NCBI GenBank assembly: GCA_015257795.3
Contig: CP072208.2
Location: 180,001 to 212,000 of the forward strand
Direction of reading: 5' to 3'
DNA from: Candidatus Nanogingivalaceae bacterium
GTDB lineage: Bacteria; Patescibacteriota; Saccharimonadia; Saccharimonadales; Saccharimonadaceae
Length of the DNA stretch: 32,000 bases
Positions 24,480 to 32,000 of the stretch are shown here, in pieces. Positions within the stretch are counted from its first letter, which is position 1, and each line of letters starts with the position of its first letter. The notes under the pieces were generated by a model. That model worked only from the letters and a program-made list of their open reading frames with translations. It was not told the origin of the DNA and ran no database searches. The position numbers were made by a program, and so were the translations under genes.

Positions 24480-24875
24480 TATATAAAAAATTATTTCTAT
24501 ATTTGCGTGTTTGTCAAAAATAGGTCTTGCGAAAAAAATAAATTCGCGGTAAACTTGAATCAGTGGAAACGACAGAAACCAACAGAAAAACCCACTAAAC
24601 AAAAACAAAAGCACGTTAAAAATAGATGTAATTTTTTAGTTTAAGGTCAACTACCTGGTGATTAAACAACTGGACAAATACCAGTAACCAGGTTAAAATA
24701 ATAGCTGGAGCACATTCTAAAACCTCCCAAAATAAAACTCCACCTCATATATAAGTCTCTCAAACAGCAATATGGTTGGCTATACGCCAAGCAAAAGGCT
24801 AAACTTATAATGAATCTTAAAACAAAAAATAAACAAAAACAAAAAGTTTAATCATCAGATAGGTGGCTTTAAATT

Positions 24876-25772
24876 ATGAATTACACAGAAAAATCAGTTC
24901 ACATACCAGTTCTATTGCAGGCTAGCTTAGCACAAATCCAGCCAAAAAAAGGGGAAAGTTATCTCGATTTTACGGCAGGATATGGCGGACACGCTGGCGA
25001 GTTTTTAAATATTACTAAAAATTTTGAAGACTCAGTTTTGGTAGATAGGGATGAAAATGCAATTCGCACGCTTCAACGGTTTAAAAATGAAGGCGTAGAG
25101 CTTTTGCATATGGATTTTCTTTCTGCGGCAAGGGAATTAGTGAAAGAAGGTCGAAAATTCGATATAATTTTGGCGGATTTGGGTGTTTCTTCACCTCAGT
25201 TAGATATTGCCGAAAGGGGATTTTCTTTTCGAAAAGATGGACCACTTGACATGCGAATGAATCCTGCCCAAGAAAAAACGGCAGCGGATATTGTTAATTT
25301 CGCAAATAAGAGTGAGTTAATGCAAATTTTAATTGAATTTGGCGAAGAGAAACGCGGGTTTGCTGAAAGAATTGTTTCGAAAATAATAGAAGTTCGAAAA
25401 AGGCAGAGAATTGAGACCACAACACAATTAGCTGATTTAATTTTAAGCGTGCATAAAGGCGGATGGCAAAAAACACATCCCGCAACGCGCACTTTTCAGG
25501 CGATTCGAATCGCAGTAAATAACGAACTTCAACAGGTTGAAGAAGTTTTAGGATTGCTTCCAAAACTTTTAAATCATGGCGGAAGAGTTGGAATTATTAC
25601 TTTTCATAGCCTCGAGGATAAGCTCGTGAAGAATTATTTTAAAGAAGATTCGAAAAAAGGTTTGGAATCGAAATTTCAAATTATTACTAAAAAACCGCTT
25701 GATGGCGCGAAAGAAGACGCTAACAATCCGCGAGCTCGTAGTGCAAAATTGCGAGTAAGCATTAGAAAATAA
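24876..25772 (+). CDS. rsmH: 16S rRNA (cytosine1402-N4)-methyltransferase
   Basis: HIPVLLQ, DFTAGYGGH, DLGVSSPQLD, FHSLEDKLVK. SD AGGTGG at 24861-24866. First gene of the dcw block. Confidence 0.9.
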   Translation: MNYTEKSVHIPVLLQASLAQIQPKKGESYLDFTAGYGGHAGEFLNITKNFEDSVLVDRDENAIRTLQRFKNEGVELLHMDFLSAARELVKEGRKFDIILADLGVSSPQLDIAERGFSFRKDGPLDMRMNPAQEKTAADIVNFANKSELMQILIEFGEEKRGFAERIVSKIIEVRKRQRIETTTQLADLILSVHKGGWQKTHPATRTFQAIRIAVNNELQQVEEVLGLLPKLLNHGGRVGIITFHSLEDKLVKNYFKEDSKKGLESKFQIITKKPLDGAKEDANNPRARSAKLRVSIRK

Positions 25773-25791
25773 AAAAACAAAAGGAGGCGAG

Positions 25792-25857
25792 ATGCCAAAA
25801 ACAATCAAAGTAAGCTACGCTAACGAACAAGCTCGCGTAAAAGTTAATTTTCGATAG
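25792..25857 (+). CDS. candidate 21-aa micro-ORF (MPKTIKVSYANEQARVKVNFR)
   Basis: The strongest SD in the window (AAGGAGG 25781-25787) lies 4 nt before the ATG. A terminator follows. No homology recognised. Confidence 0.3.
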   Translation: MPKTIKVSYANEQARVKVNFR

Positions 25858-25912
25858 TATTTAAAGCTTTCGAAAAACAAAAACAAAAATTTGAAACAAA
25901 AAATTAAACTTT

Positions 25913-25950
25913 AAAGCACCAGCCAATGACTGGTTTGGTGCTTTATTTTA
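25913..25950 (+). terminator. rho-independent terminator between rsmH and ftsL
   Basis: AAAGCACCAGCCA-loop-TGGTTTGGTGCTTT hairpin with a small internal loop, then TTTATTTTA. Confidence 0.6.
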
Positions 25951-25997
25951 TTGAACAAAATTAAAATAATATTAAATTTAAACGCAACAAAAAATCA

Positions 25998-26360
25998 ATG
26001 TATAAGACAAACACAAATTATGTTAGTCGCCGTCGTCAAACACAGGCTTCGTCGCGATCATATGGAAGAAATAACAATATCGCTATTTTTCAACCTACAG
26101 CAAAACTTGGTGCGGTAACGCAATTTTTGATGCTTGGTATTTTGATTGCGGTACTTGGAATTATCTTCCTAATGAATTCTTCAAAACCAGCGCTTTATGG
26201 AAATGAAATTCAACAAATTGATTCAAAGATTTCAGATTTAGAGACAAAAAAGGCTGATTTAGAAGTTGAGAACGCGCGACTTACGGCGCTTTCGAATATT
26301 GAAAATAGCGAAGTTGCAAAGAAAATGACAACTCCGGCGTCAGTTTCTTACGCAAAATAA
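25998..26360 (+). CDS. ftsL: FtsL-like cell-division protein (basic tail, one TM, coiled coil)
   Basis: Position between rsmH and ftsI. TM is VTQFLMLGILIAVLGIIFLM, followed by a heptad region (KISDLETKKADLEVENARL). Confidence 0.55.
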   Translation: MYKTNTNYVSRRRQTQASSRSYGRNNNIAIFQPTAKLGAVTQFLMLGILIAVLGIIFLMNSSKPALYGNEIQQIDSKISDLETKKADLEVENARLTALSNIENSEVAKKMTTPASVSYAK

Positions 26361-26399
26361 GAATAAGTTTAAGCTTTTTCGAAAAAAATCACAAAACTG

Positions 26400-26408
26400 T
26401 GATACAAT
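26400..26408 (+). promoter_or_regulatory. extended -10 promoter (TGaTACAAT), leaderless-type
   Basis: The -10 ends 8 nt before ATG 26417. The track start GTG 26399 overlaps the promoter. Confidence 0.45.
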
Positions 26409-26416
26409 ATAAATAT

Positions 26417-28159
26417 ATGATTTTAGGTTTTAAAAGTAAAAGTCGAACTGGTTATCTAGCGGTCTCAATTTTGAGTATTTTTGCGATAATCGTTATGCGA
26501 CTTTTTTTCTTGCAAGTTATTGAGGGCGCAGATTATCGTGCGCGCGCAGACAAGGGTCAGAGGAAGCAATTTGAAATTAAATCTCAAAGAGGTTTAATTT
26601 ATGCTATGGATGGCAAAAAGCTTACAAAAATGGTTTTGAATGAGACTGTCTACACTCTCTGGATCGATCCGCAAGAAATTGCTAATGCAAAAAAAGTAAA
26701 GAAAAGTGAAATTATTTCAGAATTTAGAAAAGTTGCTGGCGGAAATCTAAAAAATGATTTCGAGAAACTTTTCGAAAAAACAGATACAAGATATCAAGTT
26801 GTTGGAACGAAACTTTCATTAAAACAGGCTAATGCAATTCGTGAAAAAAAGTTCCACGGAATTGGGTTTACAGCTGAAGCGAGAAGGGTTTATCCGGAAG
26901 GTAATTTAGGTGCGCAGATTCTAGGTTTTGTGAATGATAACGGTGGAAACTATGGTATCGAACAGGCAATGAATAAAGAATTAACCGGAACTGATGGCTA
27001 CAAAAAAATTACGACAGATGCGTTCAACCAAACGATTGAAGTCGGAAGCGAAAATATCGAAAAACCAGCTGTGAATGGAAAAAATATTGCGCTTTCAATA
27101 GATCGAAATATTCAAGCAAAAGTTGAAAAGGTGCTAAAAGCACAAATGGAAGCCAAAAAAATGAAGCACGGTGCAGTTTTGGTTATGGATCCAAAAACTG
27201 GCAAAATGATGGCAATGGCAAATTATCCAACATATGATCCAGCGGCTTATGCTAAGGTTGAAAACGGCTCAGTTTACAATAACAATACAACAACAATGGC
27301 TTATGAAAATGGTTCGGTAATTAAATCATTTACGATGGCAACAGGTATTAATGAAGGTGTTGCGAATGCAAATACTCGTTATTACAATACTGACTCGATA
27401 AAGATTGAAGATATTACAATTAATAATGCTGCGCTTGGTCATACGGGTTCAATTACACTTCAAACAGCAATGAACTATTCGTTGAATACCGGAATGGTGA
27501 CTATTGGAAAATTGCTTGGTGGTGGATCGCTGAACGATACTGCTCGAAATAAAATTTATGATTATTTCCACAATAGGTTTGGGTTTGGTCGCGAAACAGG
27601 AATCGAGGTTCTCGAAAGCAAGGGCTCGTTAGTTTCACCAAAAGACGCAGAAGGAAATGCGGTTCGATATTCAAATATGATTTTCGGTCAGGGTATGGCT
27701 ACAACAATGCTACAAACCGCAACAGCTTTTTCATCACTTGTTAATGGTGGAACATTATACAAACCAAGCATAGTAGCTGGAACTGTTGATGAAGATGGTA
27801 ATCTTTCGAAAAAATCGCCAGAGATTAGTCGTGAGGGCGTTATTTCTAAAGAAACTAGTCAGCAAATGAAACAAATTCTTGAAGGCGTTCGAAAAGTTGG
27901 TGGCGCAAAAGATCCAGCTGGTTACCAAATTGGTGGAAAAACCGGAACTAGCCAAACAATTGTTGGCGGAAGATATGTCGATTATCAAACAATTGGTAGT
28001 TATGTTGGATTTGGTGGCGGAGATCAGGCGGAATATGTTATAATGGTAGCTGTTTGGGGTGAAAATCAAAACTTACAGGGTTCTAAAGATGCCGCACCAA
28101 TTTTTACGGAAATTTCAAACTGGCTATTGAATTATTTAGAAGTTAAACCAACGAATTAG
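26417..28159 (+). CDS. ftsI: class B penicillin-binding protein / peptidoglycan D,D-transpeptidase
   Basis: N-terminal TM, PBP dimerisation region, and SxxK (SVIKS), SxN (SLN) and KTG (GGKTGTS) motifs. dcw position. Confidence 0.85.
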   Translation: MILGFKSKSRTGYLAVSILSIFAIIVMRLFFLQVIEGADYRARADKGQRKQFEIKSQRGLIYAMDGKKLTKMVLNETVYTLWIDPQEIANAKKVKKSEIISEFRKVAGGNLKNDFEKLFEKTDTRYQVVGTKLSLKQANAIREKKFHGIGFTAEARRVYPEGNLGAQILGFVNDNGGNYGIEQAMNKELTGTDGYKKITTDAFNQTIEVGSENIEKPAVNGKNIALSIDRNIQAKVEKVLKAQMEAKKMKHGAVLVMDPKTGKMMAMANYPTYDPAAYAKVENGSVYNNNTTTMAYENGSVIKSFTMATGINEGVANANTRYYNTDSIKIEDITINNAALGHTGSITLQTAMNYSLNTGMVTIGKLLGGGSLNDTARNKIYDYFHNRFGFGRETGIEVLESKGSLVSPKDAEGNAVRYSNMIFGQGMATTMLQTATAFSSLVNGGTLYKPSIVAGTVDEDGNLSKKSPEISREGVISKETSQQMKQILEGVRKVGGAKDPAGYQIGGKTGTSQTIVGGRYVDYQTIGSYVGFGGGDQAEYVIMVAVWGENQNLQGSKDAAPIFTEISNWLLNYLEVKPTN

Positions 28160-28171
28160 AAAAGAGGGAAT

Positions 28172-29197
28172 ATGTTAAACATCACAAATCACTTAATAGT
28201 TTCGGCATTGTTTAGCCTCGCTGGATTTATTCTTGCGATGGGGTTAACACCGTTATATACATTTTTTGCATACAAATATGAGTTTTGGAAGAAGCAAAAA
28301 ACAGCTTCCGTTACGGGTGAAGCTCTAACTGTGGTGAATAAGCTTCACGCTAAAAAGATCGCAAGACATATTCCAACAATGGCTGGAGTTATTGGCGTTA
28401 TTGCGGTTGTCGTACTTACAGTTCTATTGAATTTGAAGCGCGAACAGACTTGGTTGCCATTGGCTGGTCTTGCTGGTGGTGCGGCTATTGGTTTGATTGA
28501 TGATATTCTGAATGTATGGGGTTCAAATCGTAAAGATGCCGGGCTTCGTGCTCCTGTGAAATTTGCGATGATTATTGCACTTTCTGGTTTTTTGGCATGG
28601 TTTTTCGCATTTAAGCTTCATTTTACAACTGTCATGATTCCATTCATTGGTAACTTTGAAATTGGTTACTGGATGGTTCCGTTGTTTATTTTTGCCATCG
28701 TAGCGACAAGTAATGCGGTAAATATTTCTGATGGTCTTGATGGTCTAGCTGGCGGATTGTTAAGCGCAGCCTTTGGTGCTTTTGGAATCATCGCTCTCGT
28801 GCAAAATCAACATAATCTAGCAGCCTTCTGCTTCACTGTCCTTGGGGCGCTTCTTGCGTATCTATGGTTTAATGTATATCCAGCTCGTTTCTTTATGGGT
28901 GATGTTGGTTCTTTCGCTTGGGGGACGTCTCTTGGCGTCGTAGCAATGCTAACTAACTCACTTCTTCTTTTGCCTGTAATTGGATTAATTTTTGTGATTG
29001 AAGCTGGCTCGAGTGCTATTCAGATTTTTTCGAAAAAAGTTTTTAAGCGGAAAGTGTTTATTTCAGCACCAATACATCACCATCTTGAAGCAACAGGCTG
29101 GGAAGAGACTAAAATTACAATGCGATTTTGGATTATTGGAATGGTTACAGCATTCGTTGGCATAATTTTGGCGCTGGCAGAGCATAAAATCCTGTAA
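28172..29197 (+). CDS. mraY: phospho-N-acetylmuramoyl-pentapeptide transferase
   Basis: NAVNISDGLDGLAGG, MGDVGSFAWG and PIHHHLE motifs. About 10 TMs. Confidence 0.92.
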   Translation: MLNITNHLIVSALFSLAGFILAMGLTPLYTFFAYKYEFWKKQKTASVTGEALTVVNKLHAKKIARHIPTMAGVIGVIAVVVLTVLLNLKREQTWLPLAGLAGGAAIGLIDDILNVWGSNRKDAGLRAPVKFAMIIALSGFLAWFFAFKLHFTTVMIPFIGNFEIGYWMVPLFIFAIVATSNAVNISDGLDGLAGGLLSAAFGAFGIIALVQNQHNLAAFCFTVLGALLAYLWFNVYPARFFMGDVGSFAWGTSLGVVAMLTNSLLLLPVIGLIFVIEAGSSAIQIFSKKVFKRKVFISAPIHHHLEATGWEETKITMRFWIIGMVTAFVGIILALAEHKIL

Positions 29198-30771
29198 TGG
29201 AAACTCGAAGAAGACAACCTGTGCGCGATAGTGCTAGGCGTAATCCTGGACGTCTGGCAGTTTCGGATTCGCCGCGCCGAAACAACCTAAGTAGTCAAAA
29301 AAGAACTATTCAGAAAAATAGTTTCTTTGATGGTGATTTGAAGAATGATAGCTTTATGGCTGTTATTCAGGATTTTTTAAAGGGTCAGTTTGGTAGCTTG
29401 CTGGAAAGAATTTGGTTTTTAGTAAGGTCGTCAATTATAATTTTCATTATAAACCCTTGTGTTCGAATTCGTGAAAGTGTTAAGGCTGATAATAAAAAAC
29501 GCTTAAACCTTGAAGGTTTCGAGAAGATTCGAAAACACCGAGCAAACTATATATTATTCCTATTTATTGGTTTGTTGCTTTTGATTGGACTCGTCGTGAT
29601 GTTTTCATTGAGCCCGCAAAGAGCGAACTCTCTCAATATTGCCAAGGGCACAAATTATGATGACTACTACTTTTTCTGGCGACATCTTACGTATATTGTT
29701 ATCGGGCTTTTATTCTTTTTTGGAATGAAAGCAATCCCGTTAAACTGGATTTTTTCGAGATCTTCGCAGATTTTTGTATTTTCTTTAATTTTGTGCGTTG
29801 TTCTTGCGGGATTAGCAATGTTCAACTTACCACCAGTAATTTGTGAAAATGGTGCTTGTCGTTGGTTTGGTTTTTCTGGGTTTAGCTTCCAGCAGGCTGA
29901 ATTTTTGAAAATCGGTGCAATATTGTTACTTTCAACATTTCTTGGTGCACAGGCTTCTAAGGGTAAAATCAATAGTTATAAGGAAACTATTTTGCCTGCA
30001 GGTGTTATTATCATTGCAGTGTTGTTGGTTGTAGCTGGTTTTCAAAAGGATCTTGGGACAGCGACTACGATTATTATTGCGATAGCTTTTCAGTTTGTTG
30101 TTGCTGGCATGAAGTCAGATAAGCTTGTTCCCGTGGGTTTGGTGATTCTAGCTGGAGTTGTTTTATTGATTGTTTTTGAACCACACCGAATTTCGCGTAT
30201 TTTAACATTTTCGAAAGGCGATTGCAGTAATATCTTAACGGAAAGTGGAAAAGATCAATATCATATCTGTAATGCTAAGCTTGCAATTGGTTCAGGTGGA
30301 ATTTTAGGCTTAGGAATTGGAAATTCAGTTCAGTCTGCAGGATATTTACCTGAAACCATTAATGACTCAATTTTTGCGGTGATGGGTGAGATGTTTGGTT
30401 TTGTAGGGCTGTTTGGAATATTAGCAATTTATTTTGGGCTAATATATCAACTTCTTAAAGTTATTTCAAGAATGGAAAACCCTGCAAGTAGACTTTTTGT
30501 CGCTGGGGTTACTGGGTGGATAACTTCACAAACAGTAATTAATGTGGCGGCGATGGTTGGACTTTTCCCACTAAAAGGAATCACAATTCCATTAATTTCT
30601 TACGGAGGAACAAGTCTGGTTGTGATCTTGGGCGTTCTCGGAATCGTTTTCAATATTTCAAATTACACATCGTTTAAGCAAGTTGAAGATTTTAAGGAGG
30701 AAAGCTATGAAAATACTAGCAATCGGCGGCGGGTCGGGCGGTCACGTGGTGCCCGTAGTAGCAGTTTTTAA
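29197..30771 (+). CDS. ftsW: SEDS-family peptidoglycan glycosyltransferase FtsW with ~115-aa Arg-rich N-terminal extension
   Basis: TAATG coupling to mraY. Conserved SEDS C-terminal motifs (AIGSGGILGLGIGNS, ETINDSIFAV, PLISYGGTSL). Confidence 0.85.
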   Translation: METRRRQPVRDSARRNPGRLAVSDSPRRNNLSSQKRTIQKNSFFDGDLKNDSFMAVIQDFLKGQFGSLLERIWFLVRSSIIIFIINPCVRIRESVKADNKKRLNLEGFEKIRKHRANYILFLFIGLLLLIGLVVMFSLSPQRANSLNIAKGTNYDDYYFFWRHLTYIVIGLLFFFGMKAIPLNWIFSRSSQIFVFSLILCVVLAGLAMFNLPPVICENGACRWFGFSGFSFQQAEFLKIGAILLLSTFLGAQASKGKINSYKETILPAGVIIIAVLLVVAGFQKDLGTATTIIIAIAFQFVVAGMKSDKLVPVGLVILAGVVLLIVFEPHRISRILTFSKGDCSNILTESGKDQYHICNAKLAIGSGGILGLGIGNSVQSAGYLPETINDSIFAVMGEMFGFVGLFGILAIYFGLIYQLLKVISRMENPASRLFVAGVTGWITSQTVINVAAMVGLFPLKGITIPLISYGGTSLVVILGVLGIVFNISNYTSFKQVEDFKEESYENTSNRRRVGRSRGARSSSF

Positions 30772-31864
30772 AGAGATATTAAAGAAAAAACCTGATACTG
30801 AGTTGTATTTTTGGTGCGATAAAAAATTTGCACCACAAGCTACAAAAATTATGCAGCAGTCTTTTGGTGAGCAAGTTAGTGTTTCGAAAATTTCAAGTGG
30901 TAAATTTCGTAGATATAATCATCTAAGTTTTTGGCAACATTTAACGGTTCCGAGTGTTGTATTTGGTAATTTTATTGATATCTTTAAGAATATTGCAGGT
31001 ATTTTTCAGGCTTTTACAAAATTAGTCGTTAACCGTCCAGATGTTATTTTTTGTAAAGGTGGGTTTGTTTGTGTTCCAGCCGGATTGGCGGCGTGGGCGC
31101 TGAGAATTCCAATTGTTATTCATGATTCTGATGCGCACCCTGGTTTGGCAAATCGCATAATTTCAAGATTTGCTAAAAAAATTGCAACAGGTGCACCATT
31201 GGAGTTCTATAATTATCCTATTGAGAAAACTGAATATGTGGGTATTCCGGTTCTAGATAAATTTAAGAAGTATAGTAAAAGTGAACGACAACAGTTTAAA
31301 AAAGAGCTTGGATTTTTAAGTGAAAAGCCACTAGTTTTAGTAACGGGCGGCGGTCTTGGTGCTGCTCGATTAAATAATGCTGTGGTTTATGAAGGCACTA
31401 AGCTTTCAAGAAAAGCTCAAATTATTTTAATATCGGGCGTTGCTCAATTTGAAGAGCTTCAAAAAGAAATTGAAGGATTTCCTGAGGATTTTCATCTTCT
31501 AAGTTTTGTCTCAAAAGATATGTGGAAATTTCTAGCTGCTGCGGATTTAGTCGTTGCTAGAGCCGGGGCAACGTCTAATCTTGAGCTTGCATCATTACAT
31601 AAACCTACAATTTTAGTTCCTAATGCAAGATTGACTGGTGGTCATCAGCTAAAAAATGCTCAGGTGTATGAAAAGTCTGGTGCGGTTGAAGTTGTTTCAG
31701 ACGATCTAATAGAAGAAAATCCTGAAATTCTTTCAAATAAAATTATTCGAATATTAGATGATCCAAACAGGATGAATAAATTGGGTGAAGAATTTGGTAA
31801 TTTTGCTAAACCGAATGCGGCAAAAGATGTTGCGAAATTAATTTTTGAATCAATAGATATGTAA
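30707..31864 (+). CDS. murG: UDP-N-acetylglucosamine--N-acetylmuramyl-(pentapeptide) pyrophosphoryl-undecaprenol GlcNAc transferase
   Basis: MKILAIGGGSGGHVVP N-terminus preceded by AAGGAGG (30694-30700). The track TTG 30683 is rejected as the start. Also TGGGLGA and GGHQLKNA. Confidence 0.9.
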   Translation: MKILAIGGGSGGHVVPVVAVFKEILKKKPDTELYFWCDKKFAPQATKIMQQSFGEQVSVSKISSGKFRRYNHLSFWQHLTVPSVVFGNFIDIFKNIAGIFQAFTKLVVNRPDVIFCKGGFVCVPAGLAAWALRIPIVIHDSDAHPGLANRIISRFAKKIATGAPLEFYNYPIEKTEYVGIPVLDKFKKYSKSERQQFKKELGFLSEKPLVLVTGGGLGAARLNNAVVYEGTKLSRKAQIILISGVAQFEELQKEIEGFPEDFHLLSFVSKDMWKFLAAADLVVARAGATSNLELASLHKPTILVPNARLTGGHQLKNAQVYEKSGAVEVVSDDLIEENPEILSNKIIRILDDPNRMNKLGEEFGNFAKPNAAKDVAKLIFESIDM

Positions 31865-31879
31865 AAAACATCAAGCTTA

Positions 31880-31888
31880 TGGTATAAT
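31880..31888 (+). promoter_or_regulatory. extended -10 promoter (TGgTATAAT), leaderless-type
   Basis: The -10 ends 8 nt before ATG 31897. Confidence 0.45.
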
Positions 31889-31896
31889 TTAAAGAG

Positions 31897-32000
31897 ATGA
31901 AAGAAGCGGAAAACTTAACGCGTCGAGAAAAACGCGAGCAAATTCTAAAAAAGCACTCCGAAGAGAAGGGTGTTTTTCGCCGCGGTGTAACTATTTCTAA
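31897..32000 (+). CDS. 3'-truncated ORF with basic N-terminus (possibly FtsQ/DivIB-like, from position only)
   Basis: MKEAENLTRREKREQILKKHSEEKGVFRRGVTIS... remains open to the window end. Located after murG. Confidence 0.35.
   Translation, partial: MKEAENLTRREKREQILKKHSEEKGVFRRGVTIS

Noticed and set aside
24420-24644. 74-aa ORF (TTG start) spanning the palindromes.
   Set aside because: It has a TTG start without SD, its sequence runs through perfect inverted repeats and A-rich low-complexity DNA, and it has no recognisable features. It is more likely noncoding regulatory DNA.
24392-24875. Chromosomal replication origin (oriC).
   Set aside because: Three DnaA-box-like sites and an AT-rich tract are present. 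However, dnaA/dnaN are not nearby, there are few boxes, and genes on both sides are co-oriented (+), so there is no divergence of gene orientation. It is kept only as a low-probability alternative within the operator finding.
749-25808. Many 60-210-aa ORFs in the track nested inside or antisense to the large genes (e.g. 749..949, 1454..1699, 2613..2840, 2994..3260, 3262..3615, 7939..8262, 8984..9307, 10462..10893, 15605..16234, 25196..25492, 27755..28069, 29667..29972).
   Set aside because: Each is fully overlapped by a longer ORF with clear conserved motifs. They lack promoter or SD signals and have the Phe/Leu/Ile/Ser-rich composition expected from out-of-frame or antisense reading of AT-rich coding DNA.
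8711-30706. Upstream-extended alternative starts given by the ORF track (8711 GTG, 14834 GTG, 16101 TTG, 24041 ATG, 26399 GTG, 30683 TTG).
   Set aside because: In each case a downstream ATG is preceded by a proper SD or sits at leaderless distance from a -10 box. The upstream codon lies within or before that promoter. The extra residues also precede an otherwise canonical N-terminus or signal peptide.
1-32000. CRISPR arrays, rRNA genes, IS elements.
   Set aside because: No regularly spaced 25-40-bp direct repeats, no rRNA-like conserved stretches and no transposase-like ORFs were seen on either strand.

Overview
AT-rich (by eye about 35-40% GC) 32-kb bacterial chromosomal window. It is almost entirely + strand and uses the standard code: TGA serves as a stop and an RF2 gene is present. 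Most content is housekeeping or cell envelope: murD, mscL, prfB, tRNA-Phe, a soluble histidine kinase + receiver + recO operon, a sortase-type surface protein, glyQS, a TrmH-family methyltransferase, a CYTH protein, ftsE-ftsX followed by a PcsB-like coiled-coil/CHAP hydrolase and an S41 Ctp protease, rpmA, and a dcw block (rsmH-ftsL-ftsI-mraY-ftsW-murG). Gene content, the Gram-positive-type envelope genes and the compact organisation fit a small-genome bacterium, possibly Saccharibacteria/CPR-like, but that is inference only. The outlier is 19.3-23.7 kb. There, a two-gene operon (a protein I read as DUF4868/KwaB-like plus a Pif1-family SF1B helicase) is bracketed by ~447-bp direct repeats. Each repeat carries the promoter and the identical 5' third of a paralogous 2-TM membrane-protein gene whose C-terminal ectodomains differ. 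I rank this as the best candidate for an undescribed system. Window-wide signals: about 6-fold over-representation of the palindrome TTCGAA, and TGnTATAAT promoters 5-8 nt upstream of start codons (leaderless mRNAs) at about 10 genes. There is also a triple DnaA-box-like palindrome in a 480-nt noncoding gap upstream of a dcw cluster that lacks mraZ. All family calls come from motif recognition by eye; no searches were run.
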